This document shows positions 37,137 through 47,753 of a DNA stretch of 64,000 nucleotides, piece by piece (within the stretch, counting starts at the first letter, position 1; each line of letters opens with the position of its first letter). The notes beneath the pieces are model-generated. The model had not been told where the DNA came from, did not search any database, and worked only from the letters and a program-made list of their open reading frames with translations. The position numbers and the translations under genes were made by a program. The stretch covers positions 107 through 64,106 of the forward strand of contig JBBKXQ010000103.1 of NCBI GenBank assembly GCA_037969565.1, read 5' to 3'. The stretch is from Acidimicrobiales bacterium. Lineage in GTDB: Bacteria > Actinomycetota > Acidimicrobiia > Acidimicrobiales > SZUA-35.

Positions 37137-37837
37137 CAGTGATGACCTCCGTGGGCTGCGTCGTCAGCGTCTGCAGCGGGTCCGTTGGTCGTCACCGGAG
37201 CATCTTCGGCGGGGTGAGCCTGACCCATCTCGGGATTCCGAACGCCATAGCCGAGCTCGCCGGACCAGGCGACGTTGTTCTCGTACGTCGCCTTGCCCGA
37301 TGAAGACGTAGCTCGCATCCAACCCGAAGTGTTCTCGTCTTCGCCCGGACGCCAGTCTTCCCAGGGAAGATGTTGCGGTCGACCATCGTCGTCGACCAGC
37401 AGTTCGTCTTTGGTGTAGATGGCGTCGGCTCGATTGGTGAAGGAGAACTCGAAGAGTTTGGTTTCGGTGATGGCCTCGGTGGGACAGGCCTCGACGCAGA
37501 GATCGCAATGAATGCAACGGAGATAGTTGATCTCGTAGATGAATCCGAATCGTTCACCCGGTGATTTCGGATCCTCCGGGGAATTCTCCGCTCCCCGAAC
37601 GTAGATGCATTGGGCTGGACACACGCCGGCGCACAGTTCGCACCCGATGCACTTCTCCATGCCGTCTTCGTATCGATTCAACACGTGACGACCGTGAGCC
37701 CGTGGCGGCTTGGGCGCCTTCTGGTCTTTGGCGCTGATCTCGCCGTTCCGGCCGACCTTGCCGCCCCGATACTCCTTGGTGGTGACGCCTTCACCCCACT
37801 TCTTGAGGGTGACGGCGAAGCCTTCGAGATATCCCAT
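37136..37837 (-). CDS. nuoI: NADH-quinone oxidoreductase subunit I with a ~70-aa C-terminal extension (14-gene operon)
   Basis: Start at ATG 37837 (MGYLEGFAVTLKKW...). Cluster motifs CIGCELCAGVCP and CIHCDLCVEACP. Confidence 0.93.
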   Translation of the reverse strand: MGYLEGFAVTLKKWGEGVTTKEYRGGKVGRNGEISAKDQKAPKPPRAHGRHVLNRYEDGMEKCIGCELCAGVCPAQCIYVRGAENSPEDPKSPGERFGFIYEINYLRCIHCDLCVEACPTEAITETKLFEFSFTNRADAIYTKDELLVDDDGRPQHLPWEDWRPGEDENTSGWMRATSSSGKATYENNVAWSGELGYGVRNPEMGQAHPAEDAPVTTNGPAADADDAAHGGHH

Positions 37838-39126
37838 CAGTGGGCTCCTCCTTCGGTCGCCGAACCGACCATTGGTGTGCGGTCGGCCGTGACGTGCACT
37901 TCGTTCAGGCCGGCGTCGTCGAGTCGTTCGGCCCGAGAGTTCTTGACGGCGATACGCACGAGAAGCCAGCCGATCCCGAGTCCGATGATGCCGATGGCGA
38001 GTACGACCGTGGTGTCGGCGAAGGTGCTGTTGTCGAACAGGCCGACATTTCCGTCTCGGGCGACGCGGAGGGCAGCAAGGATCAACATCCAACCGAGCGA
38101 AAGCGGAATGAGGACCTTCCAGCCGAGATCCATCAGTTGGTCGTAACGGACCCGAGGCAATGTTGCCCGGAACCAGACGAACATGAAGAGGAAGACGAGC
38201 AGCTTCAGGAAGAACCAGACGAAACCCCAGAGCGCTCCCGGTAGGAAGCCGAAGTCGGGTCCGCTCGGTCCGCCGAAGAACAGGGTGACGATGATGGCTC
38301 CCATCGTGACTGTGTTCATGAACTCAGCGAGGAAGAAGAGCGCGAATCGGATCGAGGAGTACTCGGTATGGAATCCGCCGACGAGTTCCTGCTCGGCTTC
38401 GACCAGGTCGAACGGCGGCCGATTGAGTTCGGCCGTGCCGGCGATGAGGAACACGATGAACGGAATGAACCCGGTGACGACCACATTCCAGGTTCGGATG
38501 TCGCCGGCCTGACTGAACACGATCTCGTGGGTACTGAGGGTGCCGCTGACCAGAATCACCGACGCCAGCGAAAGACCGAGGGCGGCCTCGTAGGAGATGG
38601 CCTGGGCCGAGGCTCGGACGGCTCCGAGCAGCGGGTACTTCGATCCCGAGGACCAACCGGCGAGCAAGATTCCGTAGATGCCGAGTGAACTCATCGCGAG
38701 GAAGAACAGGATGCCGATCGGCAGATCGGCGACCTGCCAGAGGAACTCACGCCCGAAAATGGTGGAACTTCCGGAGCCATCTCCGGAGAAATCACCGGCC
38801 AGTGGAACCAAGGTGAAGGTGAGGAACGCCGGAACCAGGGCCAGATAGGGCGCCAGTTGGAAGACGTAACGATCAGCCTTGGTGGGGATGATGTCTTCTT
38901 TGAAGAACAGCTTGATCCCATCGGCGAGGGTCTGGAGCATTCCGAACGGGCCGGCGACGTTGGGCCCGAGGCGGTTCTGGAGCCGCCCGACCACCTTGCG
39001 CTCGAACCAGACCATCAGCATGGTGGAAACAAGGCAGATCACGAAGGACGCAACCACCATCACGAGAACGAGGATCACATCACCGAAATCAACACCGTCG
39101 GCTAGAAAAGGTTGCCCGCCGTTCAT
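37837..39126 (-). CDS. nuoH: NADH-quinone oxidoreductase subunit H (14-gene operon)
   Basis: 429 aa with RLGPNVAGPFGMLQTLADGIKLFFKEDIIP and GGFHTEYSSIRF. Confidence 0.95.
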   Translation of the reverse strand: MNGGQPFLADGVDFGDVILVLVMVVASFVICLVSTMLMVWFERKVVGRLQNRLGPNVAGPFGMLQTLADGIKLFFKEDIIPTKADRYVFQLAPYLALVPAFLTFTLVPLAGDFSGDGSGSSTIFGREFLWQVADLPIGILFFLAMSSLGIYGILLAGWSSGSKYPLLGAVRASAQAISYEAALGLSLASVILVSGTLSTHEIVFSQAGDIRTWNVVVTGFIPFIVFLIAGTAELNRPPFDLVEAEQELVGGFHTEYSSIRFALFFLAEFMNTVTMGAIIVTLFFGGPSGPDFGFLPGALWGFVWFFLKLLVFLFMFVWFRATLPRVRYDQLMDLGWKVLIPLSLGWMLILAALRVARDGNVGLFDNSTFADTTVVLAIGIIGLGIGWLLVRIAVKNSRAERLDDAGLNEVHVTADRTPMVGSATEGGAH

Positions 39127-41558
39127 CCCGGCACCGTCACTCGGATTTCGGCCACCAGGTTCTTCGACTTGATCAAGGTGCCAGCGTCAAAGCCGGGAAT
39201 CCGGAAGGGAATACGGGCTGCGCCTCGGGGTAGTCCCGGTTCGCGCTGAGCTGACAAATCGTGAGTGCCACCCGACCATTCGATGGTGACGGTGTCGCCG
39301 TCGTTGATCCCGAGGGCGTCGAAGTCGTGGGTCGACAATCGAACGGTGGCCTGCTCGGGCAGGTCGCGCAGAGAAGCCGAATGTTGCACCATCGTTCCGA
39401 GATCCCAGAGCTTGCGGTCGACCACCAGTCGGAGACCGTAGCCGTCTGGTGTTGGGGCCACGACCGGATCACCGAACTCGGCGGACCAGGAACGATCGGT
39501 CGCCAGAAGCGGGCCGTCGCCGGATCGAACCAGCGATTGCCAATCCACCTCGCTGAACGAAGAGACCGTTCCGGCGAGATCAGCTCGCAACTCCTCGAGC
39601 GTGACGAACCCCAGGTCGGCGCCGAGGGATCCAGCGATGTCGGCCGCAATCATCCAATCGGGCCGAGCTTGTCCTGGCGGCGTGACTTTCGCCTGCAGTG
39701 GCGAGAGGCGTCCCTCGAGGTTCACGAACGAACCGTCGACCTCGCCCGACATCGCGGCCGGAAGCACGATGTCGGCCGCGTTGACCGAATCGTTCATGAG
39801 GCAATCAACGGCGACGACGGTGGAAACCGCTTCGAAGGCGGCGAGCGCAAGCTCACGATCGGGAACGTCGGCCAACGGATCGGCCCCGAGAAGGAGCAAG
39901 GTGTCGATCTTGCCGTCGACCGCGGCTTGAAGCATTCCGATGGTGTCGAGTCCGTGCTTACTCGTGCGCGCTCCCCCGAATCCGAATCCGGGAGCGAACC
40001 CCATCTCGAGCGCTCCATGCACATTGCCCCGACGGAGAGCACTGAGGAATCGGGCCTCGGGGAGATGCGACCGCAATGCGGCAATGGCCGACACCGTGAA
40101 ACCGGCATCTTCGGCGAGATTGCCTCGCCCGACGACGACGGATACGGGTCGGCCTGAGCCGAGCAGTTCGGAGATCTTGCCGAGGGTGGCGGCGGAAACG
40201 CCGCCGATGGCCGTGTCGGTTGATCCGGCCGCGATCGCCCGCACGACATTGCCGAGTTGGCCGGGCAGCGGATGGGCACTCACCTTGGCGTGCGGGTTGA
40301 GACTGGTGGCACGCGGCGTGAGCTCCACGATCGTGGCGCCGTCTTGCACCGCAGCGTGTCGTAGACGGAGGAACAGTGTGGGTAGTTCCTCTTTCGGGTC
40401 GGCGCCGAGCAGCACGATGATCCCGCCGGGAGTGGCCACATCGGCAATCGTGGCCCGAGGGAGTCCGAGCAGAACCTCGGCCGGGAGACCATCGCCGAGC
40501 TGAGCATCGATGTTGTCTATTCCGGCGACACCCTTCAGGAGCTTGGCCCAGGCGTACTGACCTTCGACCGGGAGCCGGGACCCGCCGATGACGCCGACCC
40601 GGTCGGGTCCGACGCTCAACGCTTCAGCCACGAGGCGGCCGACATCACTCCAGCGCCGAGGTACCAGACGGAGATCGTCGCGCACGAGGGGCTCGACGAT
40701 CCGTTGATCGGATTCCGATGCCTCGTAGAGGAATCGTTCCTTGTCGGAGAGCCAACTCCAGTTGACGGCATCGGAGTCGACGCCGAGCACGCGGACGAGT
40801 CGGTCACGCGATGACTGGAGAACGACTCTGGCACCGGTGCTGTCGACGGTCGAGGTGCTCTCGGTTTCGGCGAGATCCCAGGGACGCGCCTTGAAACGGT
40901 AAGGCGAGGCCGTGAGGGCTCCGACGGGGCAGATCTGCACCGTGTTGCCACTGAAGTAGGACGAGAACGGATGATCGGGGAACGTGTTGACCTGGGTTTG
41001 GGACCCTCGGTCCATGAAGTGGATGAGCGGATCGCCGGCTACTTCGTCGGCGAAGCGAGTGCACCGATCGCAGAGGATGCAGCGCTCACGATCGAGCTGG
41101 ACCAGACCGGAGATCGGAATCGGCTTCTCGAAGTGCCGCTTTTCTTCGACGAATCGGCTCTCACCCGGACCGTAGGAGTAGGCGTTGTCCTGTAAGGGGC
41201 ATTCGCCGCCCTTGTCACACACCGGGCAGTCGAGCGGATGATTGATCAGCGTGAGTTCCAAGACGGCGTCTTGGGCCTCAGCGGTTTTCGCCGACGTGGT
41301 GTCAACCACCATGTTCGGGGTGACGGTGAGCATGCAGCTCGGTTGGAGCGACGGGCCGCGACCGGCGTCGACCTCGACCAGACACATTCGGCACATGCCG
41401 ACCGGACGCATACGCGGGTGATAACAGAAGCGAGGAATGTGAGCGCCCTCACGTTCGCAAGCGTCGATGAGCATCTCACCCTCACGGGCCATGAACTCTT
41501 GACCGTTGAGGATGAATGGGATTCCGGTCGGAGCTTCGGTGGGTTCAGTGGCGGTCAT
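39123..41558 (-). CDS. nuoG: NADH-quinone oxidoreductase subunit G (14-gene operon)
   Basis: 811 aa. N-terminal 2Fe-2S/4Fe-4S motifs (CYHPRMRPVGMCRMC, HPLDCPVCDKGGEC, CILCDRC) are followed by a molybdopterin-like domain. Confidence 0.95.
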   Translation of the reverse strand: MTATEPTEAPTGIPFILNGQEFMAREGEMLIDACEREGAHIPRFCYHPRMRPVGMCRMCLVEVDAGRGPSLQPSCMLTVTPNMVVDTTSAKTAEAQDAVLELTLINHPLDCPVCDKGGECPLQDNAYSYGPGESRFVEEKRHFEKPIPISGLVQLDRERCILCDRCTRFADEVAGDPLIHFMDRGSQTQVNTFPDHPFSSYFSGNTVQICPVGALTASPYRFKARPWDLAETESTSTVDSTGARVVLQSSRDRLVRVLGVDSDAVNWSWLSDKERFLYEASESDQRIVEPLVRDDLRLVPRRWSDVGRLVAEALSVGPDRVGVIGGSRLPVEGQYAWAKLLKGVAGIDNIDAQLGDGLPAEVLLGLPRATIADVATPGGIIVLLGADPKEELPTLFLRLRHAAVQDGATIVELTPRATSLNPHAKVSAHPLPGQLGNVVRAIAAGSTDTAIGGVSAATLGKISELLGSGRPVSVVVGRGNLAEDAGFTVSAIAALRSHLPEARFLSALRRGNVHGALEMGFAPGFGFGGARTSKHGLDTIGMLQAAVDGKIDTLLLLGADPLADVPDRELALAAFEAVSTVVAVDCLMNDSVNAADIVLPAAMSGEVDGSFVNLEGRLSPLQAKVTPPGQARPDWMIAADIAGSLGADLGFVTLEELRADLAGTVSSFSEVDWQSLVRSGDGPLLATDRSWSAEFGDPVVAPTPDGYGLRLVVDRKLWDLGTMVQHSASLRDLPEQATVRLSTHDFDALGINDGDTVTIEWSGGTHDLSAQREPGLPRGAARIPFRIPGFDAGTLIKSKNLVAEIRVTVPG

Positions 41559-43054
41559 CGGTGGCCGACCTCTTCCCTTGCATCTCGTTGGGCGGGGTTT
41601 GTTTCCGCCGAGCTTGGTTGGGCGGAGATCGCGCCGGCAACGGCTGCTGGTGCCGCCACGATCTTCGCTTCGAATTCGCTCCGGAACCGTCGAATGGCCG
41701 AGGTGATCGGCGCCACCGAGGACGGGCCGAGCGGACAGATCGTCGTCTGTGAGCGGTATGGAAAGGGGATCGCCTCGAGATTGCCCTCACCGAAGGCCGC
41801 CACTGGGTAGGCACCGGGGGTGATGTTCTGCCCGATCTCGATCAAGAGATCGATGTCTTCGGGCCGGCCCAGACCATCATCGATGCGTTGCAGCACCTTC
41901 TCTTCCCAGCTCGTGCCCTCCCGACAGGGGGTGCACTTACCGCACGACTCACGGGCGAAGAATCGCACCAGACGAAGCGCCGCCTTCACGATGTCGGTGG
42001 TTTCGTCCATGACCATCAAGGCTCCGGACCCGAGCATCGAACCGGCGGCTCCGACATCTGCCGCCTCGATCTTGATGTCGAGTTGCTCCTCGAAGAACCA
42101 CGGGGCCGAACCACCACCGGGCACGTAGGCCTTCAGTTCGTTGTCGTCCTTGATCCCTTGGCAGAAATTCTCGCCGTAGAACAGATCCCGGAACGAGACC
42201 TTCCCTTGCTCGATCTCGTAAACGCCCGGCCGCTTGACGTGGCCGCTGATGGCGAGCATCCGCGTGCCCGGGGACTTCTCTGAGCCGTACTTCTTGAACT
42301 CGGCCGCGCCGTTGACCATGATCCACGGAAGGTTGGCCAGCGTTTCGACGTTGTTGACGATCGTGGGCTTCATGTAGACGCCCTTGGCCGCTGGAAAGAA
42401 CGGCGGTTTCAGACGTGGTTGGCCCCGATTACCTTCGAGGCTCTCGATGAGGGCTGTTTCTTCACCGACGATGTAGGCACCAGCACCCCAGTGGAGCACC
42501 ACATCGATGTTCACGTCGGTGCCGAGAATGTGTTTGCCGACATAGCCGGCGGCATAGGCGTCGTTGAGCGCTTGCGCGATGTTCTCCTGGGCCTGGGCCA
42601 TCTCGCCCCGGACGTAGAGAAAACACTGATTGAGCCCCAGCGCGTAGCAGGCGATGATGCAACCCTCGATCAACTGATGCGGATCGCGCTCCATGAGCAG
42701 GCGATCCTTGTAGGTGCCGGGCTCGGACTCGTCGCCGTTGACCACGAGATAACGGGGCCACACCGGAGGCAGGAAACTCCATTTGATGCCGGCCGGGAAA
42801 CCCGCTCCGCCCCGACCGAGCAGAACGGCCTCCTTCACCTCTGCCGCGATGTCGGCCGGTTGACGTCGCAGGGCCGCCTTGAGTCCGTCGTATCCGCCGG
42901 TGGCCAGCGACCGCTCGAGCGTGTGGCTGTCGGCGTGACCGAAGCGACTCGTGACGATCTTCGGGCCTTCGTTGTCGACGTAACCGGGCGCGCTCGGCAC
43001 GTAGTCGTTCGTCCGGCGGCCAGGGTTGGACGTTCGATGGTTTTCGGTACTCAC
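41555..43054 (-). CDS. nuoF: NADH-quinone oxidoreductase subunit F (14-gene operon)
   Basis: Start at GTG 43054 (GTGA overlap with the nuoE stop). Contains GRGGAGFPAGIKW (FMN site) and ESCGKCTPCREG (N3 cluster). Confidence 0.93.
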   Translation of the reverse strand: MSTENHRTSNPGRRTNDYVPSAPGYVDNEGPKIVTSRFGHADSHTLERSLATGGYDGLKAALRRQPADIAAEVKEAVLLGRGGAGFPAGIKWSFLPPVWPRYLVVNGDESEPGTYKDRLLMERDPHQLIEGCIIACYALGLNQCFLYVRGEMAQAQENIAQALNDAYAAGYVGKHILGTDVNIDVVLHWGAGAYIVGEETALIESLEGNRGQPRLKPPFFPAAKGVYMKPTIVNNVETLANLPWIMVNGAAEFKKYGSEKSPGTRMLAISGHVKRPGVYEIEQGKVSFRDLFYGENFCQGIKDDNELKAYVPGGGSAPWFFEEQLDIKIEAADVGAAGSMLGSGALMVMDETTDIVKAALRLVRFFARESCGKCTPCREGTSWEEKVLQRIDDGLGRPEDIDLLIEIGQNITPGAYPVAAFGEGNLEAIPFPYRSQTTICPLGPSSVAPITSAIRRFRSEFEAKIVAAPAAVAGAISAQPSSAETNPAQRDAREEVGHR

Positions 43055-43674
43055 GAGACTTCCTCCGGGGCCGGCTGCCGGCTGGTGAACCATGCCGGCG
43101 TACCTGCATCTTCGGGGGTTTCGACTCCGCCGAGCCGATCGGGGGCGATGTGCTGGCGCACATGGCCGAGGGTGCCGTGGCTGGGAATCTCGGGCCGTTT
43201 GCCCGACCGGAGGTCGTCGATCAGCCGATCGAAATCTTGGTTGTCGAGCCGGTACTCGTAGCGGTAATTGACCTGCAGGCAGGGCGCCTCGGTGCAGGCG
43301 GCGATGCATTCGACATCTTCGAGGGTGAAGAGGCCGTCATCGGTGGTGCCACCCGGTCGGACGCCCAACTTTTCCTCGGCGTGATGGAGCAGATCCTCGG
43401 CGCCGAGCAACTGGCAGGAAAGATTCGTGCAGATGTCGATCTTGTATTTGCCGACGGGATGCAGCACGAACATCTCATAGAACGTACAGGTGCCCATGAC
43501 CTCGGCCGGAGTGATCCCGACCAGTTCGCCGAGGTGCTCCATCGCATCTTCGGCGACGTATCCATCCTGCTCCTGAGCCAGATGGAGCAGTGGAATAAGG
43601 GCTGACTTGGGGCGCGGGTAACGGGCGATGATTTCACGCGCCAAAGCCTCGTTGTCTGCGGTCAAACGACTCAA
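43051..43674 (-). CDS. nuoE: NADH-quinone oxidoreductase subunit E (14-gene operon)
   Basis: 207 aa with a TTG start. 2Fe-2S ligand context ICTNLSC...ECIAACTEAP. Confidence 0.9.
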   Translation of the reverse strand: MSRLTADNEALAREIIARYPRPKSALIPLLHLAQEQDGYVAEDAMEHLGELVGITPAEVMGTCTFYEMFVLHPVGKYKIDICTNLSCQLLGAEDLLHHAEEKLGVRPGGTTDDGLFTLEDVECIAACTEAPCLQVNYRYEYRLDNQDFDRLIDDLRSGKRPEIPSHGTLGHVRQHIAPDRLGGVETPEDAGTPAWFTSRQPAPEEVS

Positions 43675-43679
43675 GAGCT

Positions 43680-45026
43680 CTACCTGTCTACTTCGCCGAG
43701 GATCGGGTCGACACTGGAGATGATGGCCACGGTGTCGGCCAAGAGTGAATCAGCCATCATGTGCGACATCGCTTGGAGATTGACGAAACTCGGGGCACGG
43801 AAGTGCATCCGATAGGGCTTCGACGAGCCGTCGGAAACGATGTAGCAGCCGAGTTCGCCACGGGGGGATTCGACGGCAACATAGGTTTCCCCCACCGGAA
43901 CTTTGAAGCCCTCAGTGAAGATCTTGAAATGGTGGATGAGGGCCTCCATCGACTCGTCGATTCGGGCCCGCGGGGGTGGGGTGACTTTCGTGTCTTGCAC
44001 CCGGTAATCGCCCTTGGGCATACCGTCGACGATCTGATGAATCATCCGGATCGATTCCCGGATCTCGTTGAGCCGGATCGCGTATCGGTCGAAGCAATCG
44101 CCGTAGGTGCCGACGACGACATCGAACTCGAGTTGGTCGTACGCCAGGTAGGGCATGTCACGACGGAGATCCCATTCGACTCCGGTGCTCCGCAGCACTG
44201 GCCCGGTTGTGGAGAGCGCAATGGCTTCGGCCGAAGTGAGCACACCGACGCCTTGCAGTCGGTCTCGCCAGATCGGCTGGCCCGTCATCAAGATGTCGTA
44301 TTCCTCGAGTCGGGGTGGGAGCATCGCCATCAACGCCAGAACATCATCCCGCCAGCCGTCGGGCAGGTCGACGGCAACCCCGCCGGGCCGGATGTAGTTG
44401 TGGTTCATCCGCAGACCGGTGACGGCCTCGAAGAATCGCAGCACTTGTTCGCGCTCGCGCCAGCCGTAGATCATCATCGAAACGGCGCCGAGGTCCATGC
44501 CGTTGGTGGCCATGAACAGTAGGTGGGACGAGATCCGATTCAGCTCACTCATGAGCATCCGGATCCACGTGGCCCGAGCCGGAACCTCGATCTGGAGAAG
44601 CTCCTCGACGGCCAGTGAGAACACCAACTCGTTGAAGAACGGCGCGGCGTAGTCCATTCGAGTGACGTTTGTCGGGCCCTGGAGGTAAGTGAGGTTCTCG
44701 GCCGTCTTCTCCATACCCGTGTGGAGGTAACCGACGATCGGCTTGGACCGCCGGATCGTTTCGCCATCCATCTCGAGCATCAGTCGAAGCACCCCATGGG
44801 TCGACGGGTGCGCCGGTCCCATGTTGATCAGCATCGTCTGGTCGTTCTCGTCGTCGAGGGGACTGTCGGCGAGTTCGGCGGCACGTACCTCGGACATGCG
44901 AAGCACTGCACTCTTGCGGGGCAGACGGTCGAGTTGGGTGGCGAGCGCGCCAGCCTCGACGGCGGCTTCAGCCTCGTCGGTGGTGTCGATCGTGGATTCG
45001 GATTTGGAGTTCTCGGTGACGGTCAT
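43680..45026 (-). CDS. nuoD: NADH-quinone oxidoreductase subunit D (14-gene operon)
   Basis: 448 aa with NMGPAHPSTHGVLRLM, GYLHTGMEKT and C-terminal PILGEVDR. Confidence 0.95.
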   Translation of the reverse strand: MTVTENSKSESTIDTTDEAEAAVEAGALATQLDRLPRKSAVLRMSEVRAAELADSPLDDENDQTMLINMGPAHPSTHGVLRLMLEMDGETIRRSKPIVGYLHTGMEKTAENLTYLQGPTNVTRMDYAAPFFNELVFSLAVEELLQIEVPARATWIRMLMSELNRISSHLLFMATNGMDLGAVSMMIYGWREREQVLRFFEAVTGLRMNHNYIRPGGVAVDLPDGWRDDVLALMAMLPPRLEEYDILMTGQPIWRDRLQGVGVLTSAEAIALSTTGPVLRSTGVEWDLRRDMPYLAYDQLEFDVVVGTYGDCFDRYAIRLNEIRESIRMIHQIVDGMPKGDYRVQDTKVTPPPRARIDESMEALIHHFKIFTEGFKVPVGETYVAVESPRGELGCYIVSDGSSKPYRMHFRAPSFVNLQAMSHMMADSLLADTVAIISSVDPILGEVDR

Positions 45027-45034
45027 TGTGGGCC

Positions 45035-45589
45035 TCAGCGCGACGCGGGCGAACCTTTGAACTGCACGGGGATGGTTCCGGTTGCGAAATCCTTACGGAG
45101 AGGATGGCCTTCCCAGTGCTCGGGCATCATGATTCGGGACAGATCCGGGTGATTCTCGAACACGATGCCCATGAGGTCATAGACCTCACGTTCGAGCGTG
45201 TCGGTGCCGGGAAACGTCGAGTACAACGAGTCGATGGTGGGGTCGGATTCGGGGACCTGCACTCGAGCCCGAATTCGGTTGCGGCGTTCGTGGGAAATGA
45301 ACGACGCCACGAGTTCATATCGCTCCGGAGTGACCCCCGCAGGAAGCGAGCGCCGGCCTTGGAATGTGAGGTAGTCGACGGCAGTGACATCGACACACAT
45401 GTTCCATCCGTCGCGAAAGAGATCGGAGGCAACCTGGAGCCACTGCTCCCGAGAGGGATGAATGACCCGCTGCTCGTTGGCATAGGTGACCGGGCAGCCG
45501 TATGCGAGTTCGGGGCCCGCCGCCTCGACGACGTCACCGTTCTCGGTTTCGTCGCCAGCGTTTTGGGCGTCAGCGATGTCTGCACTCAT
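45035..45589 (-). CDS. nuoC: NADH-quinone oxidoreductase subunit C (14-gene operon)
   Basis: 184 aa with [35 protein letters not shown]. Confidence 0.92.
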   Translation of the reverse strand: MSADIADAQNAGDETENGDVVEAAGPELAYGCPVTYANEQRVIHPSREQWLQVASDLFRDGWNMCVDVTAVDYLTFQGRRSLPAGVTPERYELVASFISHERRNRIRARVQVPESDPTIDSLYSTFPGTDTLEREVYDLMGIVFENHPDLSRIMMPEHWEGHPLRKDFATGTIPVQFKGSPASR

Positions 45590-46179
45590 CGCTTGCGACC
45601 GGGCGTGAGAAGTTGCTGGATCTCGCCTTGACCATCACGCTGCTCGATCAGGATTCCGGCGCCACCGCCGTTGGCACGCCGACGCCGCATCAGCTCGCCG
45701 GTTTCGATCTGCGTGTGCAGTGTCTCGATTGCATGGAGCAGTGTTTCCGGGCCGGGCGGGCAACCCGGGGCATAGACATCGACGGGAACGATCTGGTCGA
45801 CCCCCTGAACGATGGCGTAGTTGTTGAACATGCCACCCGTGGACGCGCAAACACCCATCGAGATGACCCATTTGGGTTCCGCCATCTGGTCGTAGATCTG
45901 CCGGAGCACAGGAGCCATTTTCTGACTCACGCGGCCGGCCACGATCATGACGTCGGCCTGGCGGGGCGACGCCCGGAACACTTCCATTCCCAGCCGGGCG
46001 AGGTCGTAGTGCGACCCACCGGTGGCCATCATCTCGATTGCGCAACAGGCAAGTCCGAACGTGGCCGGCCACGACGAACGAGACCGACTCCAACGAACGA
46101 GGTTCTCGAGTTGACCGGTGACGAAGTTGTGTTCGAGACCACCGAGGCCATCTTGCTGGACATCGCCGATGATGCCCAT
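45586..46179 (-). CDS. nuoB: NADH-quinone oxidoreductase subunit B (14-gene operon)
   Basis: 197 aa with [21 protein letters not shown] and GCPPGPETL. Confidence 0.95.
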   Translation of the reverse strand: MGIIGDVQQDGLGGLEHNFVTGQLENLVRWSRSRSSWPATFGLACCAIEMMATGGSHYDLARLGMEVFRASPRQADVMIVAGRVSQKMAPVLRQIYDQMAEPKWVISMGVCASTGGMFNNYAIVQGVDQIVPVDVYAPGCPPGPETLLHAIETLHTQIETGELMRRRRANGGGAGILIEQRDGQGEIQQLLTPGRKR

Positions 46180-46709
46180 CAGTGAGCGCCGACCGGTTCG
46201 AGTTCTGCCTCGGTTTGTGTCGTAGCTGGAACCAAGGAGGCCGCGGCTGCCGCTGGGACCTCGTCATAGCGACCTTCGAGCCCGACCCGCCGCACGGTGG
46301 AGTTCGAGGTGCGATCACCACCGACCATGGCCACTTGGCGACGGTTGGTCTGCAGGGGACCCCAGTCGAGTGCTCCCTTGGAAACGAGGTAGAGGAAGGA
46401 CTCGAAGACCAGGGCCGAGAACAACAACATCGACAACAAGCCGTAGAGGGCGAGTTCCCGATGGATCAGCGCCCACGGATAGAGAAAGACGATTTCGATG
46501 TCGAAGACGATGAACAACATCGCGACGAGGTAGAAGCGCACGGGAAACCGTTGTGGCGGTTCCCGGCCGGGGACGATTCCGCATTCGTACGGGGCATATT
46601 TCATGGTCGTCGGACGACGGGGGGCCAAGATCTTTGACGCGATCAAACTCACTCCGGCAAACAAGACGGCCAGAACCAGCAACGCCGCTACTGGTAGATA
46701 CTGGGCCAT
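46179..46709 (-). CDS. nuoA: NADH-quinone oxidoreductase subunit A with a ~55-aa C-terminal extension (14-gene operon)
   Basis: 176 aa with YECGIVP...[30 protein letters not shown] lies upstream of ATG 46709. Confidence 0.92.
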   Translation of the reverse strand: MAQYLPVAALLVLAVLFAGVSLIASKILAPRRPTTMKYAPYECGIVPGREPPQRFPVRFYLVAMLFIVFDIEIVFLYPWALIHRELALYGLLSMLLFSALVFESFLYLVSKGALDWGPLQTNRRQVAMVGGDRTSNSTVRRVGLEGRYDEVPAAAAASLVPATTQTEAELEPVGAH

Positions 46710-46727
46710 AGAGAAGTCCTCTCGATG

Positions 46728-47753
46728 TCAGGCAGCAGCTGCGGCTCGGATGCTTCGTTCCCGCTTGTCACGGGTGTGGAGCATCCACGAGAGCACAGCA
46801 AACAAGATGCCGTTGAAGATGGCAAACAGGGCGGGGGTGACACGGGAACCGCCGAACAGTGCGGGCAGAGGGCCACCTCGGTCGCGTTCGAGTACGACCG
46901 TGACCACCGGTTTCTCCGGATCGGCGGCTGCGACCGGCGGTGCTTCACCCGGCAGTGTCGGTACATCGATCACGCCCTGGAACTGAATGGCCACCAACTC
47001 CTGCGGATGCCAGAAATGGATGAAGGTGGTGTCGAGCTTGTGCACGATTCGATCCGGGGCGTCGGTGAAGAGCTCGACCCAGGCGCTCTTCGTCGGATCG
47101 TCCTCGGAAATGGCCGGGTCGAGAAGTGGTTTGCCGCCGATGTTGAAGGCCCCGTAGGTGAGGGGCACGAACTCTGACGAGTTGGGGAACACACCTTCTT
47201 CGAGCAGGAACTCTTCGGACGAAGACGATGCCTCACCGCGGCGAGGGTTGGACGTTTCGAGGTAGCGCCACCCGGCGAAATCGTCGACGTTCGCTCTCGC
47301 GTAGGCAACGGCCTCTTCTTGAGCGATGTCTGGATCGGTGGATGTGACGCCGGCCTCGACCGAGTTGGTCTCGAGATCGAGGCCGAGTTCGGCAACCTTC
47401 TCGTGCTCGGCGAATTCGAGTCCGTCGCTGTCGAATGCCGGGTTGTCGCCGTTGATCTCGACGAGGGCCCAGGACTCGGCCTCGCCCTTCCAACCGATGG
47501 CATACACCGTCCAGACGACTCCCATGAGGAAGAACCAACCGAACAACGCCGAACCAGCGATCAACCCGCCAGTGCGGGATCCGCTGTTGGTTGCGACCAG
47601 AAGATAGGTGCCACCCATGAGCACGACGACCCCGACGAGCACGCTGAGGAGCCCTCGGAAGAACGGGTCGAACGCCACGCCACCGATGAAGGCAAGGGAC
47701 TCGGCGGATGCCCCATCAGTGAGTGCACCGAGGAACGCAATGGAGTGGGACAT
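46728..47753 (-). CDS. Uncharacterised membrane protein (3 N-terminal hydrophobic spans and 1 C-terminal, acidic central domain)
   Basis: 341 aa. Its ATG shares 1 nt with the stop of the upstream cytochrome c gene, and its stop lies 18 nt before nuoA. I recognise no family motif. Confidence 0.7.
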   Translation of the reverse strand: MSHSIAFLGALTDGASAESLAFIGGVAFDPFFRGLLSVLVGVVVLMGGTYLLVATNSGSRTGGLIAGSALFGWFFLMGVVWTVYAIGWKGEAESWALVEINGDNPAFDSDGLEFAEHEKVAELGLDLETNSVEAGVTSTDPDIAQEEAVAYARANVDDFAGWRYLETSNPRRGEASSSSEEFLLEEGVFPNSSEFVPLTYGAFNIGGKPLLDPAISEDDPTKSAWVELFTDAPDRIVHKLDTTFIHFWHPQELVAIQFQGVIDVPTLPGEAPPVAAADPEKPVVTVVLERDRGGPLPALFGGSRVTPALFAIFNGILFAVLSWMLHTRDKRERSIRAAAAA

